A stretch of 64,000 nucleotides of DNA from Somniosus microcephalus (GCA_052327205.1 JBMRGM010000043.1:31744001-31808000), one strand, 5' to 3'. Shown: positions 33,401-44,997, counted from the first letter of the stretch. Translations and numbers: made by a program. Notes: generated from the sequence alone by a model not told the origin.

Positions 33401-33949
33401 ACGACACAGACTGCAGCGTTTCAAGAAGGCGGCTCGCCACCATCTTCTCAAGGGCAATTAGGAATGGGCAATAAATGCTGGCCTTGCCAGCGACGCCCAC
33501 ATCCCGTCAATGAATAAAAAATTATCATCGCTTGTTTAAATTTAGTCGGTGGTTTATTCATTGCTCGTTTCAATCCAACCATTTTATTTTGATTTTTAAC
33601 TATAAAAGTAAATTAATAGAGGAATTATAAGTGAAATTGTGTGAGCTCAGCCAGTTAATTGTCAGTAGTTTTGACCATACTGTAAATCGGGCAATATTGA
33701 ATTGGCCATCCATTATCCATCTCTCCCGACTTCCCTTCCACTGAAATCACCACTGATTCTCTCTCGCCAGCTGTGCACCACCACCTGAGACAATTTCAGC
33801 CCCATATTCTTTAATTCCAGGTTAACAAGATTGGTCCCAGCGACTATTGTGTCACGTACGCCACAGTTAACCGCACAAACACTGAAGCTAGTTTGGAAGG
33901 ACGTCCAATGGAAGAAGGCTGTGTCTACGAAAACATTCCACGGAAATAA
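8773..33949 (+). CDS. Gene A: Fc receptor-like (FCRL-type) inhibitory Ig-superfamily receptor, ~672 aa, 15 coding exons (SP-5xIg-TM-ITIM tail)
   Basis: join 8773-8803,11535-11564,13864-14118,15914-16180,18580-18858,19738-20025,21684-21986,22817-22918,23444-23474,25476-25567,26558-26614,27394-27450,28216-28281,32317-32348,33821-33949. All introns GT-AG, phases compatible, 2019 nt with no internal stop. Confidence 0.85.
9374..9540. repeat. (GA)n microsatellite-rich stretch (paralog ~38527-38665)
   Basis: Visible gagagaga runs. Confidence 0.9.
10575..10970 (+). mobile_element. tRNA-derived Deu-domain-like SINE (SacSINE1-like) inserted in a CR1 3' fragment
   Basis: A-box gtggctcagtgtatagc; Deu-like core gcactgtcgga..gagacgttaaa; flanked by minus-strand CR1 tail halves (~10440-10570, ~10980-11150). 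Paralog at ~39697-40080. Confidence 0.7.
11535..11564 (+). CDS. Gene A exon S2 (30-nt signal-peptide mini-exon, LQITHQATTQ)
   Basis: cttctctcttgcag| ... caag|gtatga; phase 1-1; one substitution versus B (40643-40672). Confidence 0.85.
11950..13545 (+). mobile_element. CR1 LINE fragments (RT C-terminus to 3' end), with a small opposite-strand CR1-tail insert at ~12198-12378
   Basis: ORF pieces VRQHLEYCVQFWSPYLRKD and RTRGHSLRIRGRKFRTETRRNVFTHRVVNLWNSLP; 3' tail ttccatgtttctgtgtttct. Confidence 0.9.
13864..14118 (+). CDS. Gene A Ig domain 1 exon
   Basis: AHVPEVV..VKEGETFYLHC..YWYKD..GASYQC..VTI; ctacag| and G|gtaggt; 255 nt. Confidence 0.9.
15914..16180 (+). CDS. Gene A Ig domain 2 exon
   Basis: ASDMNLTLEVNP..SGDSIILKC..FLWYRD..SDTAPYRC..SPNVTITIK; tttgcag| and A|gttggt; 267 nt. 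Confidence 0.9.
16260..16568 (+). mobile_element. 5'/endonuclease fragment of a shark non-LTR retrotransposon
   Basis: Shares gtggttgactcttaa..cctctgaaatggcc with 33195-33235; degenerate APE start (NIWGL..KLGQLSHRPVKQ..VMITES). Lies where A lacks about 4 kb present in B. Confidence 0.6.
16831..16928 (+). CDS. Candidate alternative terminal exon (GPI-signal/TM-like hydrophobic C-terminus), gene A
   Basis: ttccacaatacag| acceptor in phase 1; encodes xAGYHLVQSHLVVVLGISLLLLSIISAICLTI-stop; frame and stop conserved in B. Confidence 0.5.
16969..17246 (+). pseudogene. Inactivated Ig pseudo-exon (FcR D3-type) within gene A
   Basis: Paralog of intact exon 47629-47904; acceptor AG changed to CG (16967-16968), first Cys lost, TAC changed to TAG, frameshifts. 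Confidence 0.9.
18580..18858 (+). CDS. Gene A Ig domain 3 exon (FcR D3-type)
   Basis: LFSKPTL..FEGQQLNLAC..LRYVFFKD..DSGIYQCEA..VKKLSNQVSVSVR; resembles FcgammaRI/FCRL D3; 279 nt. Confidence 0.92.
19738..20025 (+). CDS. Gene A Ig domain 4 exon (FCRL D4/D5-type)
   Basis: IPVSKPEL..EGDTASLTCSVFNGSTPITYIFYK..GDYICGVSN..HSDFVTVAVL; 288 nt. Confidence 0.92.
20430..21015 (-). mobile_element. 3' fragment of an abundant shark non-LTR retrotransposon
   Basis: ORF2 C-terminus LNIHSLHH..CTIYKMHCSNSPRLL..SWNSLP..LQRFKK..LLKGN; same family at 24577-24910 and 33280-33520. Confidence 0.85.
21684..21986 (+). CDS. Gene A Ig domain 5 exon
   Basis: VPAAGASLT..AGDRLFLQCLVKRGT..FRWYLN..GGRYHCVATN..SNYIDVTVP; weak donor T|gtaaca (G|gtaact in B); 303 nt. 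Confidence 0.88.
22817..22918 (+). CDS. Gene A transmembrane exon
   Basis: SQSHTTAITATVLPLFLIAALIALVFFKLRKQKQ; uncharged TM with a basic stop-transfer; ttccag| and G|gtgagc. Confidence 0.9.
23444..23474 (+). CDS. Gene A cytoplasmic exon 1
   Basis: DNSSSVSQPQG; 31 nt, phase 1-2; conserved in B (56792-56822). Confidence 0.85.
23740..25400 (+). mobile_element. Old CR1 LINE (RT to 3' end) with a nested non-LTR 3' fragment at ~24577-24910
   Basis: Degenerate QHGFVKGKSC / YIDLQKA RT motifs; tail ttctatgattct; the insert encodes SSRLLRQQL..LLKG. Confidence 0.8.
25476..25567 (+). CDS. Gene A cytoplasmic exon 2 (ITIM-like FEYAVV)
   Basis: 92 nt, phase 2-1; cacag| and G|gtaagc; conserved in B (58427-58518). 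Confidence 0.85.
26558..26614 (+). CDS. Gene A cytoplasmic exon 3 (ITIM IIYSVV)
   Basis: ASISNHIIYSVVQGTKPME; 57 nt, phase 1-1. Confidence 0.85.
27394..27450 (+). CDS. Gene A duplicated cytoplasmic exon 3' (Tyr-to-His variant, ITHSLV)
   Basis: ASSSDQITHSLVQGTKPME; splice sites intact; 57 nt, symmetric phase so it can be skipped. Confidence 0.7.
28216..28281 (+). CDS. Gene A cytoplasmic exon 4 (ITIM LVYSEV)
   Basis: DITGNAANLVYSEVTIRKSRGC; long pyrimidine tract; 66 nt. Confidence 0.88.
28398..32020 (+). mobile_element. Composite CR1 LINE (endonuclease ~28590-29250, embedded RT C-terminal piece ~29816-30515, RT to 3' end ~30520-32020)
   Basis: MGDFNIH..SDHSM (APE), KFADITKLGG, QHGFMEGKLCLTNLLE, KFADDTKV, VVNLWN; many stops. 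Confidence 0.92.
32317..32348 (+). CDS. Gene A cytoplasmic exon 5
   Basis: DNDDGASGRKQ; ttacag| and CAG|gtaagt; its 1-0 phase bridges exon 4 to the last exon. Confidence 0.8.
32930..33520 (+). mobile_element. Internally deleted non-LTR element with a tRNA-like head and a LINE 3' end
   Basis: B-box-like gagttcaaatccc at ~33002; 3' part encodes EHLPLQVTHHPDLEVY..LLKGN, then aataaa. Confidence 0.7.
33821..33949 (+). CDS. Gene A terminal coding exon (ITIM VTYATV; C-terminal VYENIPRK)
   Basis: ttccag| phase 0; VNKIGPSDYCVTYATV..GCVYENIPRK-stop. The ending resembles the YENVPR of mammalian FCRL3. Confidence 0.88.
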   Translation, partial: VNKIGPSDYCVTYATVNRTNTEASLEGRPMEEGCVYENIPRK

Positions 33950-36900
33950 GAGTGAAGCAGGATTAAAAAGCATGGATAAAACAAGAAAACAGAATGGAGG
34001 CAACGACAATCAACTTGTGCTCTGTGCAAACTACCTGCCCTCAGGGACTTTAGTCTGAAGGCAGGTTAGGCCATTGTTCCTTGTGCAAGGCCTCCTAGGC
34101 ACAGCGTTCCTGCCCGCCAGCCATTCAATTTATACATATGTTTTACTCTGACAGGACTTTATATCTCGAGGGATATCATGTCGCAAGCTTTGCAGCTGAT
34201 ATTTTGCACAGGGAACCTACGTGTGGCTTTGGTGGTGCTACGTGCAAGTCTATACAGTGTGTAAGAATATTGCACCGGAACGTACACCCAGGCTAGCCAT
34301 GTTCTAATGCAATTAGTTAATGGATGCGTTTGGGGCTCTTGCTCTCTTGTTCCGCCAGTGTACTTGCATTCTTCCAAAACTGCAGAGGGAGATCAGTGGA
34401 TCCCCTGGAGAAATTATGCAAATGCCCGAAGATGATGGGAGAAATCCTGTAGCAATTTCTAGGGTCAATTTTATCTTAAGTCATGTTGTAAAATGAATGT
34501 TATCGAACTGACCACCTATGTGACCCCATGACCCCATGACATATTTCCTTTTCCATTAACTTCAATGTAAAGTAAAACCGGGCATGCTGTATAATGGGAG
34601 CCTTGATTGATATCGTCCATTTGCCACTCTCGCCCAATATTCAAATTATTCCAATCTATATGAATGCCACAAAAAAACTGTGTATAGAGTAAGTGGTTAC
34701 TGTTTAATCTTCATCAATTGGGAGTTTAGCATTGCATTGGCAGAGCGCAGGGTAGAATATCTGGTGGGAAGGATGGCCCATTACTTGCCAAGCCCATCGA
34801 ATTTTGCTTTCTTTCAACCTTCAAAAAGCAGGCCGTTCCGTTACCGGCATCCCTTGTGCCAAACTTTCCTTCCACGTTCCGGCAGTACAGACTGAACTTT
34901 ACCTCACCACATATTAGTGCCAGATGCATAAGACATAGCGTTTTGTAATGCTACATGGATGATGGGATTTTTAAAATTTACACGGAATTTAAAGCACAGT
35001 AACTGGCATTCTGCCCAAGTGGCCTGTGCTGGCGTTTATGTTCCACACGAGACTCTTCTCACCTTCCCTCATCTAATCCTATCAACATATCCATTTTGTA
35101 ACATATAACATAAAAACATAAGAATTAGGAGCAGGAGTAGACCATATGGTCCCTCGAGGCTGCTCTGGCGTTCAGTAAGATCGTGGCAGATCTTCGACCT
35201 TAACTCCACTTGCCCGCCCGATTTCCATATCCCTTGTTTGAACTAGAATCCAAAAATCGATTTTATCTCAGCCTTGAATGTACTCAATGATTCTGCATAC
35301 ACACCAAATTGGGGAAGTGCATTACAAAGACTCACAACCCTCTGAGTTAAGAAATTCCACCTCATGGCTGACCCCATAACCTCAGACTATGTCCCCGAGT
35401 TTTAGAATCTCCAGCCAGGGGAAACTGCCTCTCAACATCTATCCTGTAAATCCCCCCAGAATCCTAGATCATCTCTCATTCTTCTAAATCCCAGTGAGTA
35501 TGGTCCCAATCTACTCAATATGTCCTCTTCGGACAACCCTCTCATCCCGGGAATCAATCTAGTGGACCCTCATTGAACCGCCTCTGTGATGGAGACCACA
35601 AAAGGACACAATACTCTAATGTGGTCCAACAACATTTCTATACAAATTTAACACGGCTTCTCTCCTTTTCCATTCATTTCCTCTAGAAATGGACTCCAAT
35701 ACTTCGGTAGCAACTTGTTTTTCTAATTTTAATGATTTGTGAATGTGCACCCCTGGATCCCTTGCTCCTCTACCCCATTTAGATTCTAATTTTTCGAGAA
35801 TAATGTGGCTTCCTCATTCCTCGGACCAAAATTCACAACCTAACTATGTTAAAATTCGCTTGCCATGTACACGCCCATTCAGCATGTTTATTAACGTCTT
35901 TTTGTATTTTATCTTGCTTCAACAATAACTGTTTTAATCGTTGAATAATAAATACAATTTTAAGAAATATTCCCTGTTGTTCACAGATTGACATCAAGTG
36001 TAAGTCTATTCAGAACGATTTCAACCAAACCTTCTGCTAATTCAATGCACAAATACAGTGGCTTTAGTTTGTATTTGGGGAATGACCATACGGTACTGCC
36101 TGGAGACTCCCTCCAAATGAGTGGGTAGGACAGGGGAGGGAAAATATATTTCTGATGTCTTTAACTCATATTCCGCTGCATATTTAAAATATATATATTT
36201 ATTTTAATCACTAAATATTCTGGGATGCGGCACAATACGAAAATGGAAACAATTAATTTTGATGATGGCGCCAAAACGATTAATCTCTTTTTCTAAAAGT
36301 TAGAGAAAGGAATAACAAAAATTCTGTTAGTTCCTTATGGGCATTCCATATATTGTTATAGCGCATTGTCGGTCTGTTTTATCTACCTATCGATCTATCT
36401 TTTTGTGTTAGATTTACTAATTATCTAACTATGTGTCTGTTTATTCATCGTCAGTATCACAAATAATCAAAGGCATGCAACAATAGGACAATTGAAGTTC
36501 CAATTATGGATTGTACCAGTAGAATACTACAGGTACTAACCATAGACTCTGTCAGTGGGACAGTATAATTGACAAACAAAGGCCTGTACGAGTAGGACAA
36601 TAAAGTTTCAAAAAGACCTGCAGCAATAGGACAATTTAAACAGTCATCAAAATATCTGATCTAGTATAGGTACTACTCATAGGCATGCACATATAGGACA
36701 GTATAACAAATGATTAGAGACATGCAACAGTCGGACATTATAGGCACTATTTATAGAGCTGTACCAGAAGGACAGTGAATGTACTGAGCATTGCCCGCCA
36801 CCTGTAGGGCTATATATGTACTGATTACTAACTGCACGAGTAGTAAATTAAAAATTCCTTATCCAGTGTCTCTTTATCGCTCCCAGTCATAGACAGACAC

Positions 36901-37908
36901 CAATTGAACTGCGCAGATTCTAATTAGAGTTCGCCACAATAGTAAAGAATTGGTATTTATTGGAGATCTGGGCAAAGAGGACAGTATCACTACCAATAGC
37001 TGAACTGTACTAGAAGTGCTATCTAAGCACTAATCATATACATTCTGCAGTAGGAGAGTCGAGGCAGCAATCATAGACCTGCACCAGTAGGTGATATCTA
37101 GAGTGAGCCCGAGAGAGGAGCAATACTGTGCGACTCAAGGAGATGCCCCATATAAGCCTGGTATTAGGCTTCAGTAATTTGAGGTTCGAATCACCCATTT
37201 GCTAAACATTAATGACGAGATTGAACTCACGGGATTTAAATGGTTAATTGTGCCAGAGTGTAACAGGTTCAGTGGTCCGATTTTTCGCTGGTATCAGCAC
37301 TTCGCCTCCCTTCCCCCTCTAAAGTTGTACCAGGCCACATACACAGAGCTGGGGTGACCGCTTCCCTAAGCCTGTGGAAAAAAGCAAACCTTCAGCCTGG
37401 GGCCACAGAGCAGGCCAGTCTCTCTGTTAACGGTATAACTGTGGTTAAAATAAATCATATTTAAAACAGTTTGAAGCGGTGTCTCCAGCATGGATGCCAA
37501 CTGTTCGCTTCTGATCAGAATTCATTTTAAAACTGACAAGGCTCAGTTAACTTTTCAGCGTTAGAGTGGACTCGTCATCACGTCCGGTTTGATTTCCTGT
37601 TGTCTCCAATATGGTCAGAAGTCAGACTGATCTCAGTGTGCAGTCGCCTGGTGCATGAACAGTGAGCTCCACAGCTGTAGACTGCTTCTTGGGGAACTCG
37701 CTCCAGCCGCTGTCTCCTCATTCCCCGTAAGTACAGACTCGGGATCTGTGCGAGCGGGCGTCTGGTACTGAAGAATTAGAACAGTGTCAGCGGCTGAATG
37801 TGATTCTATGATTTCACTTTTCAGGTGAACAGAACTGAAAACAGCTGATCCGAAGCGCGCGTCTTCACAGAGGGAGGTGGACTGCTGCTCGGATCCCCCG
37901 CATTCGAA

Positions 37909-37939
37909 ATGAAGCACATCTGTCGCCTTCTGATCTTCA
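37909..37939 (+). CDS. Gene B exon S1 (MKHICRLLIF)
   Basis: 31 nt then gtaagt. Confidence 0.85.
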
Positions 37940-40642
37940 GTAAGTGAATCTCAAATATTTCCAGTGCCTTTGAAAGTCAACGTCACTCACCCCTGACAGT
38001 TAATCAGATTAATAAGACTCATTCTGTGAGAGGGATCATCACGCTATATTAATATTCAGAGATTATTAAGGTCAAACATTCATTTAAAATGCATTGAAAT
38101 GTCATTTCTATGCTTCAGTTTTAATCAAAATTGAATGCAACAACAGAAATATGTTTGCTTAGTCAGGCTAACAGGATCTTTCTGCTCATCTAAGGGGATC
38201 CCTCTTTACTATTAAAGGTTGCAGCCCACTTAAGATTGCTTCTAAACGGTCCAATGTTCATTATTTTACCAATTATTTAGCATCACCTGCAGAATCTGGT
38301 TGGACATTTCTTATTGTTCTAGTTTTGCTTATGAGGAAAAAAAAAATTTATACGCTTCATATCAAGTATCAGCGTTGGCTCAGTTGACTCACTCTTACAA
38401 ATTGCTATTAATACATGCGGTGAGATTTAAAGTGCCTGGCTTCTGTAGCTAGATGTTAAAATTGGTCCGTATCATTGCTTGATGATTCGAGATCCACAGG
38501 CAAGTTTCTTGTTAACATCTGCCACAGAGAGAGAGAGAAAGATAGAGAGCAAGAGAATGGCAGAGCGAGAGAGAGATAGGGACAGAGAGAGACAGATAGA
38601 CAAAGATAGGAAGAAAGTAACAATCTAGATGTGCACGAGGGAGAGTGACAGAGAGAGTGAGAGCGAGGGCAGGAGTGTTTTTCAACTCAGCTTTTCACAT
38701 TCTTTATGAAGGGCTTATTTTATTTTCAGGTGTGAGGGACAAAATATATATTAGCGGGACGACATCCCTTGAGTTAACAAAGCTGAGGAGAACACATTTA
38801 CTATGATTTTACTTGAGCTAAACTGACGGCTTTAGGGTGTTTGGCAGAGAAATTAAAAATGCTGGATCTTTAAAATTAATTTCTGATGCTGTTTACTGGA
38901 ATTTAGAGATAAGTGACTCTTTATGGCCACATGACTTTGAGGCTACCTTTGTGAGATGCTGACGTCAGCGCTCTATTGTCTTGTTACCCACTGGACCACA
39001 AGACCAGCAAACAGGAACAAATAACAGGGTTTGCATCTTTAATGTACCACCGACTCTTTCACCAGAATCTCATCTTTTTCAATAACTTGACATTAGTTGT
39101 GGGACCATGTTGATTAAATCTAGTTCGACAGATTAATGAGGTAGAGCATAAAAGATGTGAAGTTAATCTCAAATTGATCATTCTTAAGCATATAATAGGC
39201 CCCATGATTTATTTGTTGCACAGCGCATGAAACCCACTTTTTGGAAATATTGGCCTAACTGAATGCTTGAAACATTCACCCTATTGAGTCCCAGCTGGAC
39301 GAAAGTCCCAGGGTCTCCATGTTGAACAATGAAATACAGACACATCTGCACTGATCATTGACCCATTTGCAATTATTTTTGCAAAGTTGCAGCGACAGGC
39401 ATTGCCTTAATAGTGTGATTCCTGTGGTCTGAGGCGTGATAAAAGCTTTCTGCTGCTTTCTGCTTCTAGCTGCTGGGTCATGTATTGTCTTCACGAGTAT
39501 CAGTTGCAACCCTGGCAATACTTGTAATTCTGATTAGGTTAAAGATGAGTTAACTGGTAATAGGAACATAACAACAGGAGTAGGCCATTCAGTCCTTCGA
39601 GACAGCTCTGTCATTCAATTATATGATGGTTGATCTGTACCTCCACTCCAGTTAACCTACCTGGCTCAGTATCCATTGTTACCCTTACTCAACTAGTGTC
39701 AGCCGAGGCTCAGTGTATAGCATTCTCGCCTCTGAGTCAGAAGGGTCGTGGATTCCGTTCCTACTACAGGGACCTGAGCACAATCATCTAAGCTGATAGT
39801 GCAGTGCTGAGGGAGTGCTGCACTGTCGGATTGGCTGTCTTTCGGATGAGACGTTAAAGTGACGCCCCTTCCAGGGTGTTTATCCCTGATGCCCTGGGCA
39901 ATATTTGTCCATCAATGACGTAACAAGAACAGATAATCTGCTCATTATCAACATCATTGTGTGAACATTGGCTGCCACATTCCTACAGTCACTTAACTTT
40001 AAAAGTCTTTCATTGGTTTTAAAACGCTTTCGGAAGTACGGAGGTCTTGAAAGGTGCTATAGAAATGCAACTATTTCTTTCATTTTAATAAATAAATGAT
40101 CGATCTCCATCTTTAAAGCACCAATTTACCCCCAGAATCCACAGCGTTTTTTGCAAAGAGCGTTGCAATTTCTCACTGCACATTGTGTGAAAAAGTGCTT
40201 CCTGATTTCCATCCTAAATGGCCTATAAACAATTTTAAAGGAATGCTTCCTTCTCCATGACAGAACAATCACACTCAGTGACTCTCAGAACAATGACCAT
40301 TTCAATCTTTGTCAGTATCCATTCATCTGGCAGCAACTTTTCCGTGTAGTCCTCAGACCATTAGGAACTTAACTAAAAACAATTTATCTTTGTTCGTGAG
40401 AGGGACAACTGGCATCATTCGATGTGTTAATATTTTACATTTACTTTAACTGAAGTGAATACATGTCGCCACGTATAGACTGGTGGCAAATGTGTTACTG
40501 CCTGCTTTGTGTCCCTGCCGAGGTCAAATTTCACCCCTGGGTGTTTCCTCTATTCAGCTGCCTTACAGCTTAGCAGCTTTGGTCAAACATGAAGATGGCC
40601 TTAGATAATGAAACATATTTTACTTTGTCTTCTCTCTTTCAG

Positions 40643-40672
40643 TGCAAGTTACTCATCAGGCGACCACACAAG
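40643..40672 (+). CDS. Gene B exon S2 (30 nt)
   Basis: tttcag|TGCAAGTT..CACAAG|gtatga. Confidence 0.85.
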
Positions 40673-41049
40673 GTATGATGACAATAATGTCCATTATTGA
40701 TAAAAATGCAGTTTGTGGAATGAACGCTTCAAATTTATATCTAGAGGACAGCAGCAATCCAGCAATGGAGTAATTGTCAGCTGTTCACCCGAGTGTAAAA
40801 CTGACCTTCTGGATTCGCGACCTATAAGAGAAACGCTCGATCATCATTTTAATTGATTGAGTGGGAATATAAAGTGGGCGGTTTCTCTAACAGTCAGCCA
40901 ATCAGAACCCCAGTTATAAGCCTCAGCGCCAAGTTTAATGTCCAGCACAATTTATTAAAGACAAAGTGACCTATAAATTGGCCTGGGTAACTGCCAGCTC
41001 AGTCACCTGAGGATTGGAAGCGAGTAATAATAAATGAGTAAATAAATGG

Positions 41050-41650
41050 ATGGATAAATAGACAGTTCTTTGATGAAGTAACAGCGAGTGTTGATGAAAT
41101 TAGTGCGTTAATGTTGGTTATAGACTTTCAAAAAGCGCTTAATGAAGATCAACGTAACAGACTTGTTAGCAAAATTGAAACCAATATGAATAAGGGGAAG
41201 TGGCAGTGTGGTTAAGAAATGGACTGAGACAAAAAGCAGAGACTAGTTGTGAAGTGAATATTCAGCGGTGTCTCGCAGATGTCTGTATTGAGACCTCTGT
41301 TCTGTCTGATATTTATATATCACCTGGATTTGGGTATACATGGGCACAATTACAAGCCTTGCAAAAGTCATGAAGCTCGGAAATGTAGTAAGGAATACGA
41401 AAGGTCGAAGCAGGCTTCAGAATGATAAAGACAGAGGGGCGAAATAGGCAGACACATGGCAGATACAATTTAATGCTGGAAATTGCAAAGGAAAGTTACT
41501 AAAAGTGTACCAGGGACACGGGATTTCAGTTGCATGGAGAAACTAGGGCTGTTCTCCTTTGAGCACAGAAGTTTAAGGTGTGATTTGATAAAGGTGTTCA
41601 AAGTCATGAAAGCTTTTGATACAGTAAATAAGGAGACACTTTTAAAATGT
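41050..41650 (+). mobile_element. Old CR1 fragments
   Basis: IDFQKA and MEKLGLFSFEHRSLRCDLIKVFKVMK remnants. Confidence 0.7.
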
Positions 41651-41976
41651 AAGTTAATTATATTTGAAACGCCTACCACCTGATACAGCGAGGCGATTGT
41701 GCCACAAAACCATTGGTCCTTATGAAAATCATAGCGGGCAGAGATTCGGGCGAAAGGGATGGTAAGTCTACCGATCCCATCTCGAGGTTCTTACCACCCG
41801 ATTTCGGCAAGTTAATGTCACCTCTTAAATAGAAATTTTGGTCAACAGCCCGCCAAAAGTTAGCGCCTGTTTGGGACACTGAGTAGAAATAACCACTGTA
41901 TTTATTACAGTGGATATTTCATAGATTAGAAGTTCAATATTTCTAACAACAAATTCCTTTTAATGTCTTTCTGCAG

Positions 41977-42210
41977 CTTCTGGACCGGAAGTGCTGGTTA
42001 GTTATCCCAGCAGTGGAGTCGTAAAGGAAGGAGATACATTTAAACTGCAGTGCCGATACACTTATTGGTGGAAAAATAATGAAAAGTTACCTGAATCTTA
42101 TGGGGATATTTATGAATCGCTTGTCGACAGTAGCAGTGGCGGCTCTGACCAGTGTGAAATGTTTTCGGTAGAATGGCGGAGGAGTGAGACTTTGGAAGTG
42201 GTCACCATCG
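41977..42210 (+). CDS. Gene B Ig domain 1 exon (open, shortened)
   Basis: ASGPEVLVSYPSSGVVKEGDTFKLQCRYTYWWK..SDQC..VTI; 234 nt. Confidence 0.8.
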
Positions 42211-42922
42211 GTAGGTGAACTTTGACACTTAAAATCTGTATTTATCTACCGTCTTTCACGACCTCCGATAGCACCATAGTGGGCAGCGAGTGAGCCAGGC
42301 CTATTGTTGATTATTGGCTGCTGAGTCAAACCGCTGGAAGTGGCCAGCGTCGGTCGCTGAACTTTGACCCATAGTCAGCTCAGCTCTTGTCCCGAAAGGT
42401 TACGTTTTTAAAGAGGCCTCTCACTAAATCGTAAGACAGTGTAGCAAACATATTATATACTTGAACAAAATTGCCAAATGTTCACCGGGGTGAAGCGTGC
42501 GGCCAGTCCACAAAACTGAAGTCCCTCTTCCCTGATACCATTCTGGTGCAACTCCCTTCAACCAGCTCTGTTCTAAATAGAACAATCCCAGCTCCTTTAG
42601 TCTCACCACACCTGATGAACAAATAAAAGTCGCTCCTTGAGAGAGGGCCGAGTTTGTTGCTCATTTGTAGAATCGGGTTTCTAAGTAAAAGTTATTTGAT
42701 GAACGTTTGCAGGACAACATACGGGGAGTCAGCTGAACATTAGAAGGGACACGTGACTTTATAATGCCACACCTGTCGCTATGGCTTTTCGGGTTATAGA
42801 TGTGTTCATTACTGAAGTGATTAGTATAGCTGCACTTTAAAGGAAATATACTATAGGATGTCATACATGTAATTTAACATATTCCAATTTGTACTTACTT
42901 AATATTTCTTTCATACTGTCAG

Positions 42923-43183
42923 CTTCTGATATGATTATAACTCTTAAAGTAAATCCAAGAGCCGCGCTGTCAGGAGAACCAATTATCCTGAATTGTTTGG
43001 TGTCTGACCAGAAAGGGACAGGATACTTCCTGTGGTATCAGAAAGAAGAGATAATAATTGGAATTTTTCAATCTCAATACATCATAGCTAAAGTGGATAT
43101 TGCAGATGAGGCATCTTATCGGTGCGAACACAGAATATGCTACAGGAAGTGGCTCTCACCGGAAGTTAACCTCACCATAACAG
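42923..43183 (+). CDS. Gene B Ig domain 2 exon
   Basis: ASDMIITLKVNP..ILNC..FLWYQK..ASYRC..SPEVNLTIT; 261 nt. Confidence 0.85.
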
Positions 43184-44742
43184 GTTAATCCCTGGTTTGG
43201 TTGTTTTCCTCCAAAATTTGCTGCTTGGTAATTTGCGGAAAGATGGAAAATGAATCGAAGTGCATTCTTTGACCAGAAAAGTTCTGATGAAATTGGTAAA
43301 TATTTGCAATTACTGGGAAAACATCCCAAGCTGGGCACTTTAGGCAAGTTTCTGGGTCGCATGTGGCAACATAACACACTCTGTTACTGTAAGGGCCCCA
43401 TGAATCCATAGGAGGGGAGGTCTCCTTCTCGGTTGCACCTGAGAACTATTGAGAAATGTCGTGGGGGGTCATTTGCAATTCATTTCCGTGCTCTCAAGCT
43501 GCTGTGCGATTTCATGTGTAACCCCGTGCTCATATCACTGGGACTAGCGTCAGTAATAAGAAGGTGGTTAGAATGTGGAACTCGCTCCCACAGGGAGTAG
43601 TTGATGAAACTGCATTTAATGTGAAGATAGGTAGGCACATGTGGGAGAAAGCAATATATGGATATGTTGCTGGGGTAGATGATGAAAGGTGGCCAAAGAC
43701 ACGTGTTGAGGATAAGCACCTGCATGGACTTATAGGGCCGAATGACTCTCTGCTGTAAATACTGGGAGCAATTTACTATGAGTCTGGTGGTGGTGATCCA
43801 GTTTTCCCCAATAGTTTCCTATCCATTTAGCCATGGCGGGCCCCAAGAAAGGGAGGCTCTTGAACAACACTGGTTGTGGAGCTTTCATCGGTTATAATCT
43901 GCCAAAGAAAGTCTTTGTGAGGATCCAGGGGCATCCTAAAGATATAACAAGGTAGGTAGTTATTTGACTTAAATACTCGCACCTGCCGATCTTAGGTCCT
44001 GGAAGACTTTGAACTGCTAATCTTCGGCTGCAGCCTGAAAGCTCCATTTCAAAGTTAACATGAGTCCATTACCCATGCTCTCGGGCCTACTGTTGTGTTT
44101 GTAACCCAATGTAAGACCATCCCAACATAGCAGGATTTGATGCTAAAGGATGGGAGTTGGTACCTGAGTCAGGCTTATAGCTGAGGCCTAGAAGCATTGG
44201 GGCGCTCCTTTCCTTATGTTCCCAAAGCATTTCTGGCATCCTGATCCGGCTGGGCGTCTCAGAATGCAAATTGAGCTGGAGTCACTCCTTCCAGAATCTG
44301 GTGGGATGGATGGAATGCCCCTCAAAAAATCCGGTGTAATTTCCATCTTTTGAAATCAATGGAATACATATACGACGGGTTCAGTAAGCAATAAGTGATA
44401 CTTTGTGCCGGATTTTCTATTCCCTTTTCTGCTTATGAGTTTCTGAACCGCTGTACACAACATGGATTATTTCAGAGTTCCAACCTAAGAAGAGCTGTGC
44501 CAAATGATGGGGAAGTTCTGCATGAGGAGAGCAAAATCAATAAACAGCAATTGGAACCATCAGTAAATTCAGCACCAACTGACCACTGCTTCCTTTCTGT
44601 TCTGTATTTGCCCCAGCCTGGATTGGAGTTGCGATTGGGATTATATAATGTGTCCAATGTATTCGGGCTGTTGTCAAAGCAGTTCTTAGTTTGATTTACT
44701 CATTTGTTAAACTAAACCACGAAATTCTTCTCCCACCATTAG

Positions 44743-44997
44743 ATCGCAATGTGGCCTTCCAGGTCGACCCATGTTCGGTTTTGGAAGGAGATGTTCTGAA
44801 TTTGAATTGTCGGTACAGGAAGTATTATTTCTGGAAATATGTTGGCTTTTTCAAAGGCAATAGAAGGATCCACTCAATGAAGTTGAATCATTGGAATGCT
44901 CTGCATAGCATTAGGGTGAATAGTTCAAATGACAGCGGATCGTACCATTGTACTAATGACAAAAAGATTTCTCGAAGTGTTCATGTTCACGTTCATG
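44743..44997 (+). CDS. Gene B Ig domain 3 exon (FcR D2-type; absent from gene A)
   Basis: DRNVAFQVDPCSVLEGDVLNLNC..VGFFKG..DSGSYHC..VHVH; ttag| and G|gtatgt; 255 nt. Confidence 0.85.

Larger units (their letters stand above)
1..34440 (+). repeat. Tandem segmental duplication unit A (~34.4 kb; starts in sequence homologous to the 3' flank of gene A)
   Basis: Base 1 aaaacctgtagcaatttccagggtcaatt matches 34441 gaaatcctgtagcaatttctagggtcaatt. Colinear similarity continues through promoter, introns and exons; ORF 219-434 is paralogous to ORF 34680-34895. Confidence 0.95.
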
